A stretch of 64,000 nt of DNA from sequence record OZ196285.1. One strand, 5' to 3'. The notes under the pieces were generated by a model. The model did no database searches. It saw nothing but the letters and a program-made list of their open reading frames with translations, and was not told where the DNA came from. A program made the position numbers and the translations under genes. Of this stretch, positions 53,802 through 63,492 are shown in pieces (the first letter of the stretch is position 1; every line of letters starts with the position of its first letter).

Positions 53802-54487
53802 TGACAAGTAAAGCAAGACATTCATCACGAGTATGGACGAATGATTCGCGCTTGAAGATTTTCGACCAAGATGCTATCAGCGACTCGGGTTTATACCCGG
53901 GTGGTCGTTATAACTTTCAAGGTGCGATTTTGGGGGATTCTACCGTAGATGAAATCGAAAACGGAGCATGGAATCCCAACGCACAGTCTGCAATTATGCA
54001 ACTCGCGATGGCAGCGATTTTGCCAATCGGAAGTGTACTACTATCGACTGACGAATCAAACCCATTCAACTCGGCTCAATTTAACGAAACTATATCATAC
54101 ACAGGAACGGCTGCCGTAGACAATATCAGCCTGTATGGTGTATCAGTATCGCTATTGCCAGGCGATTCAGACAACGACATCGCAGAGAAAGTATTCATTT
54201 CGTTGTTAGAGTCAGGGTTGTTTGATATGGACCCTACTGATCACGTACCGCCGTCGAACACGTTTGTGTTGAAGCATCGTAGTTCAAGACCGCATAATAC
54301 GTCGTATACGTCAACATACGCTGACATATTAGATCCACTAGGGGAAAGTACAGGCATACAAGCAAAAAGCGTCGTAGCGGGTGAATCGAGCGGCGAAACG
54401 AGCTTAGGTTACGGACAGTGGGAGTTGTATTACACCGACACCACAAACTTCCCTACAAACATGTATTACTACAGAAGGATTGGCTAA
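53801..54487 (+). CDS. 11: gp11 short-tail-fibre connector
   Basis: Synteny, TAATG overlaps, G.W....YY..RI C-terminus. Confidence 0.8.
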   Translation: MTSKARHSSRVWTNDSRLKIFDQDAISDSGLYPGGRYNFQGAILGDSTVDEIENGAWNPNAQSAIMQLAMAAILPIGSVLLSTDESNPFNSAQFNETISYTGTAAVDNISLYGVSVSLLPGDSDNDIAEKVFISLLESGLFDMDPTDHVPPSNTFVLKHRSSRPHNTSYTSTYADILDPLGESTGIQAKSVVAGESSGETSLGYGQWELYYTDTTNFPTNMYYYRRIG

Positions 54488-56028
54488 TGAGTGGAACAAA
54501 CATATTCACGCACGCAAGTGATGAGGCGAAATATGTTTACCTACAGCCGTTCACGTCGCCCGGTTCAGCATTTGAATCTGGCGGCGATGTTCAAGACATC
54601 ATCGAGCAGATCGATATCAATGCGCTTTTGCCTCTACCACCCCTGCCATTCGCAAGTGAAGATGAGCAAGGCTCTGTTCAGTATGCAACACAATCTCAGG
54701 CAACTGAACTTGATGACGTGCTACTGGTTATCACGCCACACAGTCTAAATGGCGTAGATGTGTTCGTATCTCCCTCGAATGATGTGCAATTAGGTAACGT
54801 GAAAGAGGTGTCATTCGGTGATTTGACTCGAACGACCGCGAGTTCGACCGCCGAAGATATTGTTTCATATCGTCGTTTTAATGACATGATGACAACACGA
54901 AACGCCCTTGATGATGACGGGTCAGTTCAATCATCGGGGTTTGCAGAATTTGCAACTGTTGATGAAGCACTCGCGTACAATCCGTCGAGGGTTATATCCC
55001 CTATGCGAACGTGGAATTTAATCAAGAATGAAATTCCAAACCCATGGTGGCAAGCAACCGAAGAAATTTTAGGCATTTTACGAACCGTTAGTCCGCGAGA
55101 TTCATTGCAGTCAGATAAGACAATCGCGATAAGCGTACATGGTATCAATAATGTGCTTGCGTCTGCGTCAAAGCGAGGCGCGTTCAAAACGCCATCAAGC
55201 AACATACCACGCGATTCACTAGACGCGAATGAATACGCGATTACGCCATCGACAATTTCAAACATCGTTGCTAATGAGAATGAAGTAGGTTTCTTTGAGT
55301 TGCCATCATCGTTCGTAGATGATTCATCAAAGGCGGTTAGTGCATCACAAGGGTATACTCTGAATCAGAAACTTGGCCCTGACGGTGGTACGATTACAGG
55401 TACATTGAACAGCGACAATTTTGTAGCAAGAACAACACAACGCGTCAAACAAACGACTAGTAGCGGCGGCTATTATTATACAGATGTATCAGAAGAACGC
55501 GATCTATATCCGGACGAACAACTTGACCAACGAGTTGGCTTGAATGGTAGGCCAGTAGGCAGCATTTTCCACACGACAAAAACAACCAACCCGAATACGT
55601 ATTTTGGCGGAACATGGTATAGAATCGGCTCAGGGCGAACTATGGTCGGAGAAGGTACAGGTAACGATTACAACAGAAAGCGTTACTTCTCGTCTGGATC
55701 ACAGGGTGGTGAAGTAAAGACGAGATTATATGAATCTCATTTACCTGCGCACAAACATGCGAGTTGGGGTGAACGATATTCGACTACAAGCGGGGCATGT
55801 GTACGTTATCAGGTAGTACGAAGTCCTTACGGTTCGACGTATCAGTGTAAAGAATACGCAACAGCGAGTTACTGGAGATTCGGCAAAACGGGAAGTCGAA
55901 ATCATGCTGGCATGGGATCGACAGACAGAGACAATTACATGTACTACACGTCACCTGTTGGCGGAAACGGCTATCATGAAAACATGATGCCATATTACTC
56001 AGTTTATATATGGAGAAGAGTGAAATGA
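54487..56028 (+). CDS. 12: gp12-like short tail fibre, copy 1
   Basis: H.SDEAKYV N-terminus, ASE...G...AT repeats, PVGSIF collar-like domain; start moved to 54487. Confidence 0.8.
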   Translation: MSGTNIFTHASDEAKYVYLQPFTSPGSAFESGGDVQDIIEQIDINALLPLPPLPFASEDEQGSVQYATQSQATELDDVLLVITPHSLNGVDVFVSPSNDVQLGNVKEVSFGDLTRTTASSTAEDIVSYRRFNDMMTTRNALDDDGSVQSSGFAEFATVDEALAYNPSRVISPMRTWNLIKNEIPNPWWQATEEILGILRTVSPRDSLQSDKTIAISVHGINNVLASASKRGAFKTPSSNIPRDSLDANEYAITPSTISNIVANENEVGFFELPSSFVDDSSKAVSASQGYTLNQKLGPDGGTITGTLNSDNFVARTTQRVKQTTSSGGYYYTDVSEERDLYPDEQLDQRVGLNGRPVGSIFHTTKTTNPNTYFGGTWYRIGSGRTMVGEGTGNDYNRKRYFSSGSQGGEVKTRLYESHLPAHKHASWGERYSTTSGACVRYQVVRSPYGSTYQCKEYATASYWRFGKTGSRNHAGMGSTDRDNYMYYTSPVGGNGYHENMMPYYSVYIWRRVK

Positions 56029-57449
56029 CAACTAAAGGTACTCAAATATTCGACCATATTATCGATGATGCAGGTACAGTCATTGTTGAGATCGAAGGTA
56101 CTGCGTTCGAATATCAGACGGGCGGGAATACGGATTTACAGTCGTGCTTGGAGGCAATTCAGTCACACGCAACAGACCCTATCCCTGATTACCCAATCGC
56201 GAGTGAATCAGTTTCTGGTATAACATACCTGACTAACGATACAACAGTATTAGACCCGAGCAATGAATCTAGTGCAGTTACGCCAAGCTCATTGAATCAT
56301 TGGATGAATGAACATGCGACCGCAACTGAAGTTCAGTTCGGCTTCGTCAAATTAATCAATGAGAATACAATTGACACGGTAGACCCGACTGCATCAGTCG
56401 AAGAAGCGCAGAAACACGCGTTCACGCTACGAATGTTCAATTACGCTATAGACACTCGCTTTTATGCGTCAGAGTCTGCTCCGGGCGCTGTGCGTCTCGC
56501 TACGCAGGCACAAGCAACAACTACTGGTTCATTATCGACTACAGTCGCGATGACCCCTCAACGCGTTAAGCAAATGCTAGATGTGTGGGCGAATACGACA
56601 GCATCAGACGCGAGTGAGAGTACGAAGGGATTGATACGTCTTGCGAACGGGGCTGAAGTGAATAGCGAAGCTGCGAGTGAAAACAATCTGGCTATTTCAC
56701 CGTATCGTTTCAACGAACGAACGGCATCTACGACGCGAAAGGCAGGATTCATGCTGCCAACTCAGAGTGTTGCGAACGCGAGAACATCGAATGATCATGC
56801 AGTAACGGTAGGGACGCTAGATTTGTTTAGCGCGAACTCGTCTCGTGTTGGCGTTGCTAAACTAGTAAACAACTTGACAACGAATGATTCATCACAAGCA
56901 CTGAGTGCAGCGATGGGATTCAAGTTGAACAACGAGAAGATCGGTGCGCCTGGTGGTACTGTTAGCGGAACATTGAAAATCAACAACATGCAATCGGTTG
57001 ACGGTACTCAGTTAATGTCTAATGGTATAATCGAGTCACGTGCAATGCTGAACATGTATCCAGTCGGTGCGATCTACATGAGTCTAGTGTCAACGTCACC
57101 TGCAACATTGTTTGGTGGCGGTTGGTCTAGAATTGCCCAAGGCAGAGTGTTAGTATCAGAGGGTTCGTATGGCGGCAGAACCTTCAATGTTCGTTCTACT
57201 GGTGGTGAGTATGCAGTAACGTTGACCGAATCGACAATTCCGAGTCATAAACACGCAGGATGGGGTGAGGCGTACAACGGTAACGGCATTGGTTTCGGCG
57301 TCGCTACACAATACGGGCGTAATAATCCAGGTTCACGAAAGACCGATAGCGATAACTACTTATATTACACATCGCCGGTTGGTGGGAGCCAAGCTCATAA
57401 TAACATACAGCCTTACTACACTGTATACATGTGGGAAAGAACTTATTAA
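56025..57449 (+). CDS. 12: gp12-like short tail fibre, copy 2
   Basis: H..DDAGTV, ATE...G.V.LAT repeats, YPVGAIY domain; start at 56025 (ATGA overlap). Confidence 0.85.
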   Translation: MTTKGTQIFDHIIDDAGTVIVEIEGTAFEYQTGGNTDLQSCLEAIQSHATDPIPDYPIASESVSGITYLTNDTTVLDPSNESSAVTPSSLNHWMNEHATATEVQFGFVKLINENTIDTVDPTASVEEAQKHAFTLRMFNYAIDTRFYASESAPGAVRLATQAQATTTGSLSTTVAMTPQRVKQMLDVWANTTASDASESTKGLIRLANGAEVNSEAASENNLAISPYRFNERTASTTRKAGFMLPTQSVANARTSNDHAVTVGTLDLFSANSSRVGVAKLVNNLTTNDSSQALSAAMGFKLNNEKIGAPGGTVSGTLKINNMQSVDGTQLMSNGIIESRAMLNMYPVGAIYMSLVSTSPATLFGGGWSRIAQGRVLVSEGSYGGRTFNVRSTGGEYAVTLTESTIPSHKHAGWGEAYNGNGIGFGVATQYGRNNPGSRKTDSDNYLYYTSPVGGSQAHNNIQPYYTVYMWERTY

Positions 57450-57485
57450 AGACACGTATATTGTATCTTGAAATACGTTGATAAT

Positions 57486-57513
57486 AAACGAGTGATACTA
57501 GTATCACTCGTTT
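57486..57513 (+). terminator. Perfect 28-bp palindrome; likely terminator after gene 12
   Basis: AAACGAGTGATACTAGTATCACTCGTTT followed by further Ts. Confidence 0.65.
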
Positions 57514-57560
57514 TTGTATCCCTGAATACCAAGCGAAATGAATCGAGAGGCGGAAAAATT

Positions 57561-57624
57561 CCGCATCATCTTAGTAGAATTAGTACACTTAGTGATATTA
57601 GAGATATTAGAGATATTAGTATAA
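57561..57624. repeat. CCGCATCATC plus six tandem 9-bp TTAG units, copy 2 (inverted)
   Basis: Reverse complement of the 31558-31621 array. Confidence 0.85.
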
Positions 57625-57632
57625 TATCCTTG

Positions 57633-57661
57633 TTTAATCTCAGAACGTTCACTGCTAGTAT
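57633..57661 (+). promoter_or_regulatory. Early-type promoter next to the array
   Basis: TTTAAT-17-TAGTAT. Confidence 0.5.
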
Positions 57662-57748
57662 AGACACATAAAGATAAACCCTCCTTGATCCTTTGTATTG
57701 CTATAAATAGTAGTAAGCTATGTTCATTTACAATACAAGGGAACAAAC

Positions 57749-59434
57749 ATGACAATTCAAAAGCCTATCATTGAAGAGCTTAGATATGTAAATGGTCAAC
57801 CAGATCCTGCTCAACGTCCCGATCAAACTCGTATCAATTGGGCGAAGAACGGAGAAAGCATTAACGGTGCATCTGGTGACACGACTTCCGACGGCGTTCT
57901 TAACCGAGCACCTGTTGAAATTCAAGAAAACGTATTAAACTCTCATCACAACACAAAAGCACAGCAAGTAACAATCGAAACCCTAGTTGATACTGTTAAC
58001 GAGCTAACCGGTGGCGAAGATGCCGACTTGGGCACTCGTATTTCAACGAATGAGTATGATATTGAAGTTCTTCAGACGCAAACTACGAATATTATCGCAG
58101 ATGTTGGGACCCCGTCGAACTCAGATACACTTGCGACTGGTTTACATCGAACTACCGAAGATATTATATCGGACGTTGGTGTGCGTAACCCACAAGACAT
58201 GCCAAACGACGTTGAGAACAACGACACTGTGCGCAAAGATTTGTATTTCATCAAGCGACGTATCGGTAATGATCGTAACTATGATGTTAACGGAAATCTA
58301 GTACCTGATACCGTACCAACCGGCATGAAATATCAGATTGACGAACTGTACAATCGTGTTGCGACTGTTAATCAGGAGATTGGGGAAGATAGTCAACCGT
58401 CAACGATCAATGGTCGCATTTCAGAACTTGAGCAGAATTCACAAGCCGGTTCGGTTGCTGAAATACGTAATGAGTTAGGTGATTCAGAAGATGCAGTCGA
58501 GGGTCGTACCGTTTACTTGCGTCTTGATGACATCGAAAGTGCTCAGGCTGACATTGTGATAGATGTTACTTCTATTGAAACTACGATTACTGCTCCTGAT
58601 ACGGGATTGATGTCTCGTGTGCAAGTTATTGAAGGCGAGCAAATCACATCGAACGCGCAACTTGACGCAAACACTCTGACAATCTCTAGCGTGTCGTCAG
58701 ACATCGGAGATTATTCACTAGGTGATTCATATAATGGATCGATGAAAGCTCGTCTGAGTACGCACAGCGACGATTTATCGGCATTGTGGACTCGTATCGG
58801 CACTACTGACGACGTGACGGGTTCTATCGGTGAGCGTGTCAAACTTCTAGAGAACTCACTGGGTGATACTAACAGTCCTGTTGAATTTACCGCGTGGTTT
58901 GATATTCAAAGCAACGCAGCAGATATTCTTCAGCTTCAACAAGATTTAGCAACAGTAACACCGTTGGCAACTGCATTCGTTGCCCCTGAAACCATCGAAT
59001 CTCGCATTGACACTCTTGAAGGGAATCGTGCGTATGCACTGCTTTCATCAGAGACGCCAGAAAATATCAGTTTGACGACATCGTTTCAGAACGTTGCTGA
59101 TATAGTTGACGAAGAGCTTGAGCTTGACGGATACACGTTCGTTAATGGTGCAATCGTTCGCGGTAGTGGTTCAACTCAGACAAATATGACAATCGCGTGG
59201 GTTCTATACGAGCCGGCCGACCACGAGCATATTGTGACCGTGCGTGTTGAAGTTACTCACCCTGATACAACTGTTGAAATCGATGATTACACTCGCAAGC
59301 TTCGTGGCTTGACTGTTACTCCGATTGCGATTAGTCATACGGTTAATTTAGTTGAGGGTAGTGAAATTCGAGTTCATATCGTGTCTGATAGTGTAAGTGA
59401 TGTCGAACACGATTCTTTATTCATTCGACTATAA
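57749..59434 (+). CDS. wac: Fibritin (whisker)
   Basis: L.YV.G.P...Q..I.W.KNGE...GA...G.LNR N-terminus, long coiled coils; TATAAATA upstream. Confidence 0.92.
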   Translation: MTIQKPIIEELRYVNGQPDPAQRPDQTRINWAKNGESINGASGDTTSDGVLNRAPVEIQENVLNSHHNTKAQQVTIETLVDTVNELTGGEDADLGTRISTNEYDIEVLQTQTTNIIADVGTPSNSDTLATGLHRTTEDIISDVGVRNPQDMPNDVENNDTVRKDLYFIKRRIGNDRNYDVNGNLVPDTVPTGMKYQIDELYNRVATVNQEIGEDSQPSTINGRISELEQNSQAGSVAEIRNELGDSEDAVEGRTVYLRLDDIESAQADIVIDVTSIETTITAPDTGLMSRVQVIEGEQITSNAQLDANTLTISSVSSDIGDYSLGDSYNGSMKARLSTHSDDLSALWTRIGTTDDVTGSIGERVKLLENSLGDTNSPVEFTAWFDIQSNAADILQLQQDLATVTPLATAFVAPETIESRIDTLEGNRAYALLSSETPENISLTTSFQNVADIVDEELELDGYTFVNGAIVRGSGSTQTNMTIAWVLYEPADHEHIVTVRVEVTHPDTTVEIDDYTRKLRGLTVTPIAISHTVNLVEGSEIRVHIVSDSVSDVEHDSLFIRL

Positions 59435-59444
59435 GGGGTAGTGT

Positions 59445-60374
59445 ATGAACACGTATAACGCAACATCACCACGTGAAATGAAAGACTTGATATTGAGACG
59501 ATTAGGTGCACCAATTGTCAATGTGGAAGTAACTGAAGATCAAGTATACGATTGTATTTCTCGTGCGCTTGAGTTGTTTATTGAGTATCACCCAGATGGT
59601 GTTAACAAGACGTATTCTATCATCACTCTTTCCGAGGAACAAGCAGCATCGGGGATTATTCAGATGGATATCCCGGCTCAAGCTGTGACCAAGATTCTTC
59701 GTGGTGAAAGCACGTTCTGGACTATGGATGGTAATGCAACTTACTCATGGTTCAGTGACTTTCTGACAGGTCTTGCGGGTGGTTCGATGGGCAACGGGTC
59801 GTGTAATTCGTATCATGGTGGTATGATGAGTGGTTCGAGCGGCTTGAGTGACTACTGGAACTTGATGAGCTACAAAAACACGATGATGGATATTCTATCT
59901 CCTGAATACGACTACTGGTACAACTCAGTGAGTAAAACGTTGAAGTTAAACGCGAACTTACAAGTAGGCGAGATCGTCGTTGTAGAGGCGTTCGTTTCAA
60001 CAGCATTGCTAGTGCAAGAATCAGGTACTGGTATCATTGGCAATAAAGCAGCGGAAATAGGATCTTATGAGGACGTGACATCACAGCAACTGTTCGACGA
60101 CCCGTACAGTATTCTTCGTCAGAACAACACGATTGGTAACCCTAATCAATATGCAGAGCAAAACGCGTATTCTGTTCGTTGGGTGAAAGACATGGCAACT
60201 GCATTTACGAAGCAGATGAACGGCATTGTTCTTAAAAAGCACCAGGGGTTACAACTACCAGGTGGTATTACAGTTGACGGTAAAGAGATTTACGAAGAGG
60301 CAGTGGTTGAAATCGAGCGTCTTCGCGAAGAGTTAATGTCACTAACACAGCCACTCGGCGTATACATAGGGTGA
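59445..60374 (+). CDS. 13: gp13 neck protein
   Basis: P.ELK..ILRRLGAP.VNVEVT.DQ and LPGG.T.DG motifs. Confidence 0.95.
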   Translation: MNTYNATSPREMKDLILRRLGAPIVNVEVTEDQVYDCISRALELFIEYHPDGVNKTYSIITLSEEQAASGIIQMDIPAQAVTKILRGESTFWTMDGNATYSWFSDFLTGLAGGSMGNGSCNSYHGGMMSGSSGLSDYWNLMSYKNTMMDILSPEYDYWYNSVSKTLKLNANLQVGEIVVVEAFVSTALLVQESGTGIIGNKAAEIGSYEDVTSQQLFDDPYSILRQNNTIGNPNQYAEQNAYSVRWVKDMATAFTKQMNGIVLKKHQGLQLPGGITVDGKEIYEEAVVEIERLREELMSLTQPLGVYIG

Positions 60375-60379
60375 TTTAG

Positions 60380-61201
60380 ATGAGTGCATATGACCGAAAT
60401 TCGGGTGGTATGTTCGCGAAGTTGGAAAATCAAAAAGGGTTTGATAAGATCTATGATGAACATCTTGTCAACCCTTATTTCAATTGGGTGAACAATCAGA
60501 ACGAACAAAGTTTGTCCGACATGTTAGTTGCTGAAGCAATTATCAACCGTGGTGTTGAGAGTGTTTACATTCGACGTGACATGGACAATGTTGATTTGAT
60601 ATTCGGCGAAGACCCGTTGAGTTATTTTCACAGAAACTTTCGTATGGCTCTATATGTTGAGTCGTTTGAGGGGTGGGATGGTGATAATGACTGGTTCAGC
60701 AAATTTGGGTATCAAGTCAACGATGAAATGAGCGTGTGTGTGAATCCGAAGCTGTTCGCACAGCAGGGTGATGGTCAGGGACCTTTGATGGGCGATTTGA
60801 TCTATTTTCCTCTGGCAAACAGCTTATTCGAAATTACGTGGGTTGAGAAAGAAGACCCGTGGTATATGAATGGCGCCTTACCAATGCGTAAACTTAAAAT
60901 GCAGAAATTCGTTTACTCTGGTGAAGAAATTAAACTTGAACGCCCTGACTCTGTTGTCGATTCTATTGCTGACATTATGAGCTTTGGTGAGGACACCGAC
61001 GAAATGATCGATATTGACAAGATAAATGCACTTGACGGGCGATGGGACATTGGTATCACGCAAGGCGAAGAAATGGAGCAAATCGATTCTGAAGTCGACG
61101 AGTTCTACGAGGGCGAACAAGTTGTGCCTAATGGTAGTGAAATTCAGCCTACGTCACCGCCAGTTGGGTTCAACGTAGACAATCGAAATCCGTTCGATTA
61201 A
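60380..61201 (+). CDS. 14: gp14 neck protein
   Basis: LVNPYFN, LVAEAI..RG, FSKFG and GDLIYFP motifs. Confidence 0.95.
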   Translation: MSAYDRNSGGMFAKLENQKGFDKIYDEHLVNPYFNWVNNQNEQSLSDMLVAEAIINRGVESVYIRRDMDNVDLIFGEDPLSYFHRNFRMALYVESFEGWDGDNDWFSKFGYQVNDEMSVCVNPKLFAQQGDGQGPLMGDLIYFPLANSLFEITWVEKEDPWYMNGALPMRKLKMQKFVYSGEEIKLERPDSVVDSIADIMSFGEDTDEMIDIDKINALDGRWDIGITQGEEMEQIDSEVDEFYEGEQVVPNGSEIQPTSPPVGFNVDNRNPFD

Positions 61202-61212
61202 GGGGAATCTAA

Positions 61213-62775
61213 GTGAAAGGTTATTTCTATCACAGCTCGATTCGAAAGTACGTTCTATTGATGGGCAATCTTTTCTCTAGTATATACGTCGCACGCGGCG
61301 AAGACCAGTATAGAAAAGTTCCCATTACTGTGAGTTCAAAGGAGCAGTTTGTCGCTGCTCTTAACTCCCAAGAGCTAAACGGTGACGGCATGGTCGCTAA
61401 TGTTTCGACTATGCTGCCTCGAATTGGACTGGACATGGTGTCTTGTACGTATGACTCGACACGCAAGACAAACGTATCAAATCGTAAACTGTCTCAAGAT
61501 TACACAGCAGATCGCCCCGCGCAAAATCGCTTGTTTAACCCTGTGCCTTACGACTTTGAATTCGAAGTAAGCATTTATACACGTCATCAAGACGATGCTT
61601 TTCAAATTATAGAACAGATACTACCGTACTTTCAGCCTGCTTTCAACACGATGATTAAAGAGTTGAATGAGAATGAAGTAGTCGTGGATAAGCGCGACAT
61701 TCCAATCATTCTTGAATCGGCGGTACCGGAAACAACATTTGAGGGTGAAGGAGGAGAGACTCGCCATATTGAATGGACACTGAACATGCGCCTGAAAGGC
61801 TGGCTTTACCCGCCAACGAATGCTCAGTTCGGTGAAATTAGAACGATATACTTGAACTTTCAAGACGAAGAAACCGACGTTATTCACGCTGAACGTGAAC
61901 CTGTTAGTCGTCTTCACGACCTGGCATGGTCAATTCGTTCATCTATTGGTATCACGAACGAAGTCAATTGGCGTTCATCTATCGACCTTCTATCTAGTAT
62001 GACGTGGAATAAACGCGAGTCTATTGTTGAAGCATCAGAACTAGATTGGTGGATTCGCCCTCAAATTGCAACTGAGACTGAAATTTCTTCAATGATACGT
62101 GGTGCATTGTCTAAACAACATGTTATCTCGTGGGATGAAGCTGCTCAAGTTGAATCTAGCTATGAGTTTGACTGGTCGACGCAATATCCAATTGAATCGG
62201 GCGCTGAATTTGAGTGGTCTACACAATACCCAATTGACAACGACACTGATATTGATTGGTCAACGTTAGGTTCGGTTGAATCTGATACTGAGATTGTGTG
62301 GAATCAACGTGAGATTGTACTTGGTGCGTCACAGGCTCGTTGGGACATTCGTAACGCGATAAGCGGCGATTCGAATATCGATTGGGGTGCTCAAACTTCG
62401 ATTGAATCAGACGTTGCGTTCGATTGGACTGGATTGACTGTTATTTCAACGTCAACAGACATCAAGTGGAACAAACGTATGACTACGATTGGTGATACGC
62501 AAGTTGTATGGGGAACGTACGAGCCTGTTACATACGATACTGACATCAGTTGGGGTATTTCGCCAGCGGTTGAGGCTGATACTGAACTTGAATGGCACAA
62601 ACGTACAGACCTATCAAATGATACTCAAATGGCATGGCATATTCGCGAATCTGTTGCATACGACACTGACATCAACTGGGGGTCGTTAGCTGTTGACTCA
62701 ACGCTCGCCCTGTCATGGGCAACATTGCCAACAGCAGAAGTCGGTACCGACGTGTCATGGGGTTCAGACGTTTAA
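61213..62775 (+). CDS. 15: gp15 tail sheath terminator with a C-terminal Trp-repeat extension
   Basis: YFYHSSIRKY..LMG.LF, LPRI, EQILPYFQP and GWLYPP motifs, then about 20 repeats of 14 aa. Confidence 0.92.
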   Translation: MKGYFYHSSIRKYVLLMGNLFSSIYVARGEDQYRKVPITVSSKEQFVAALNSQELNGDGMVANVSTMLPRIGLDMVSCTYDSTRKTNVSNRKLSQDYTADRPAQNRLFNPVPYDFEFEVSIYTRHQDDAFQIIEQILPYFQPAFNTMIKELNENEVVVDKRDIPIILESAVPETTFEGEGGETRHIEWTLNMRLKGWLYPPTNAQFGEIRTIYLNFQDEETDVIHAEREPVSRLHDLAWSIRSSIGITNEVNWRSSIDLLSSMTWNKRESIVEASELDWWIRPQIATETEISSMIRGALSKQHVISWDEAAQVESSYEFDWSTQYPIESGAEFEWSTQYPIDNDTDIDWSTLGSVESDTEIVWNQREIVLGASQARWDIRNAISGDSNIDWGAQTSIESDVAFDWTGLTVISTSTDIKWNKRMTTIGDTQVVWGTYEPVTYDTDISWGISPAVEADTELEWHKRTDLSNDTQMAWHIRESVAYDTDINWGSLAVDSTLALSWATLPTAEVGTDVSWGSDV

Positions 62776-62832
62776 CATAAATGGTGGTCTTCTAAATAAG
62801 AAGACCATCCCTTTTTTATTTGGAGAAATGAA

Positions 62833-63381
62833 ATGCCTATTTTATCAGGTGATTTGAAATTCAAGAAAAGTCTGCACGAAGTTGCAGCAGGCGTAGACAA
62901 TGGCAACACACATGATCTGGCAGTAAGTTCACTGGGTCTAGGTGTTTCGACTGACGAATTAACGTCGGGTCTACTTCACGATCTTTTCGATGCTGTACCA
63001 TCGTCAGAAGCAAGTGCAGGTCGTGTGGAATACCGCTGCATTTACGTAGAGAACGATCACGCATCACTAACGCTTTACGATTCAAAGATTTTCATCAGTA
63101 GCAATACAGATTCATCAGGTACAACTATCGAAATCGGTGTTGACCCTGTATCTGTAAACGGTGAAGACTCATTGATTGCACTTGTGGATGAAGTTGATTC
63201 TTCAAACTTGCTTTCGTCAGTTGTATGGTCTACAAGCCCGACGTTCGATAACGGTTTGAGTCTTGGCAACTTAGCTGCGGGTGAGCAGCGTGCGGTTTGG
63301 ATTCGTAGAACAATCAACTCAGCAACTGTAGCGACTGCTGAAACTGCGACGCTTGCATTGCGAGGCGATACAGACGCTTAA
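62833..63381 (+). CDS. Hypothetical beta-sandwich virion protein
   Basis: 182 aa between 15 and 16; EYRCIYV.N and L.LG.L.AGE..AVWIRR motifs; CTAAATA upstream. Confidence 0.7.
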   Translation: MPILSGDLKFKKSLHEVAAGVDNGNTHDLAVSSLGLGVSTDELTSGLLHDLFDAVPSSEASAGRVEYRCIYVENDHASLTLYDSKIFISSNTDSSGTTIEIGVDPVSVNGEDSLIALVDEVDSSNLLSSVVWSTSPTFDNGLSLGNLAAGEQRAVWIRRTINSATVATAETATLALRGDTDA

Positions 63382-63492
63382 TGTGTCACTAACACGCTGT
63401 GTGCAGCTCGTACGCAGCGTGTTTCTATTTTATTGAGTATTTGTACTCAGATATTGTGATGAACGCTTACAGTGCGTTCTAGAGAGGAATGT

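Noticed and set aside
57486-57513. Perfect palindrome as a recombination or operator site
   Set aside because: Its position after gene 12 and the following T run explain it as a terminator.
63391-63423. 14-bp hairpin before gene 16 as an ncRNA or pac site
   Set aside because: Most simply a terminator after the 182-aa gene; nothing supports a packaging role.
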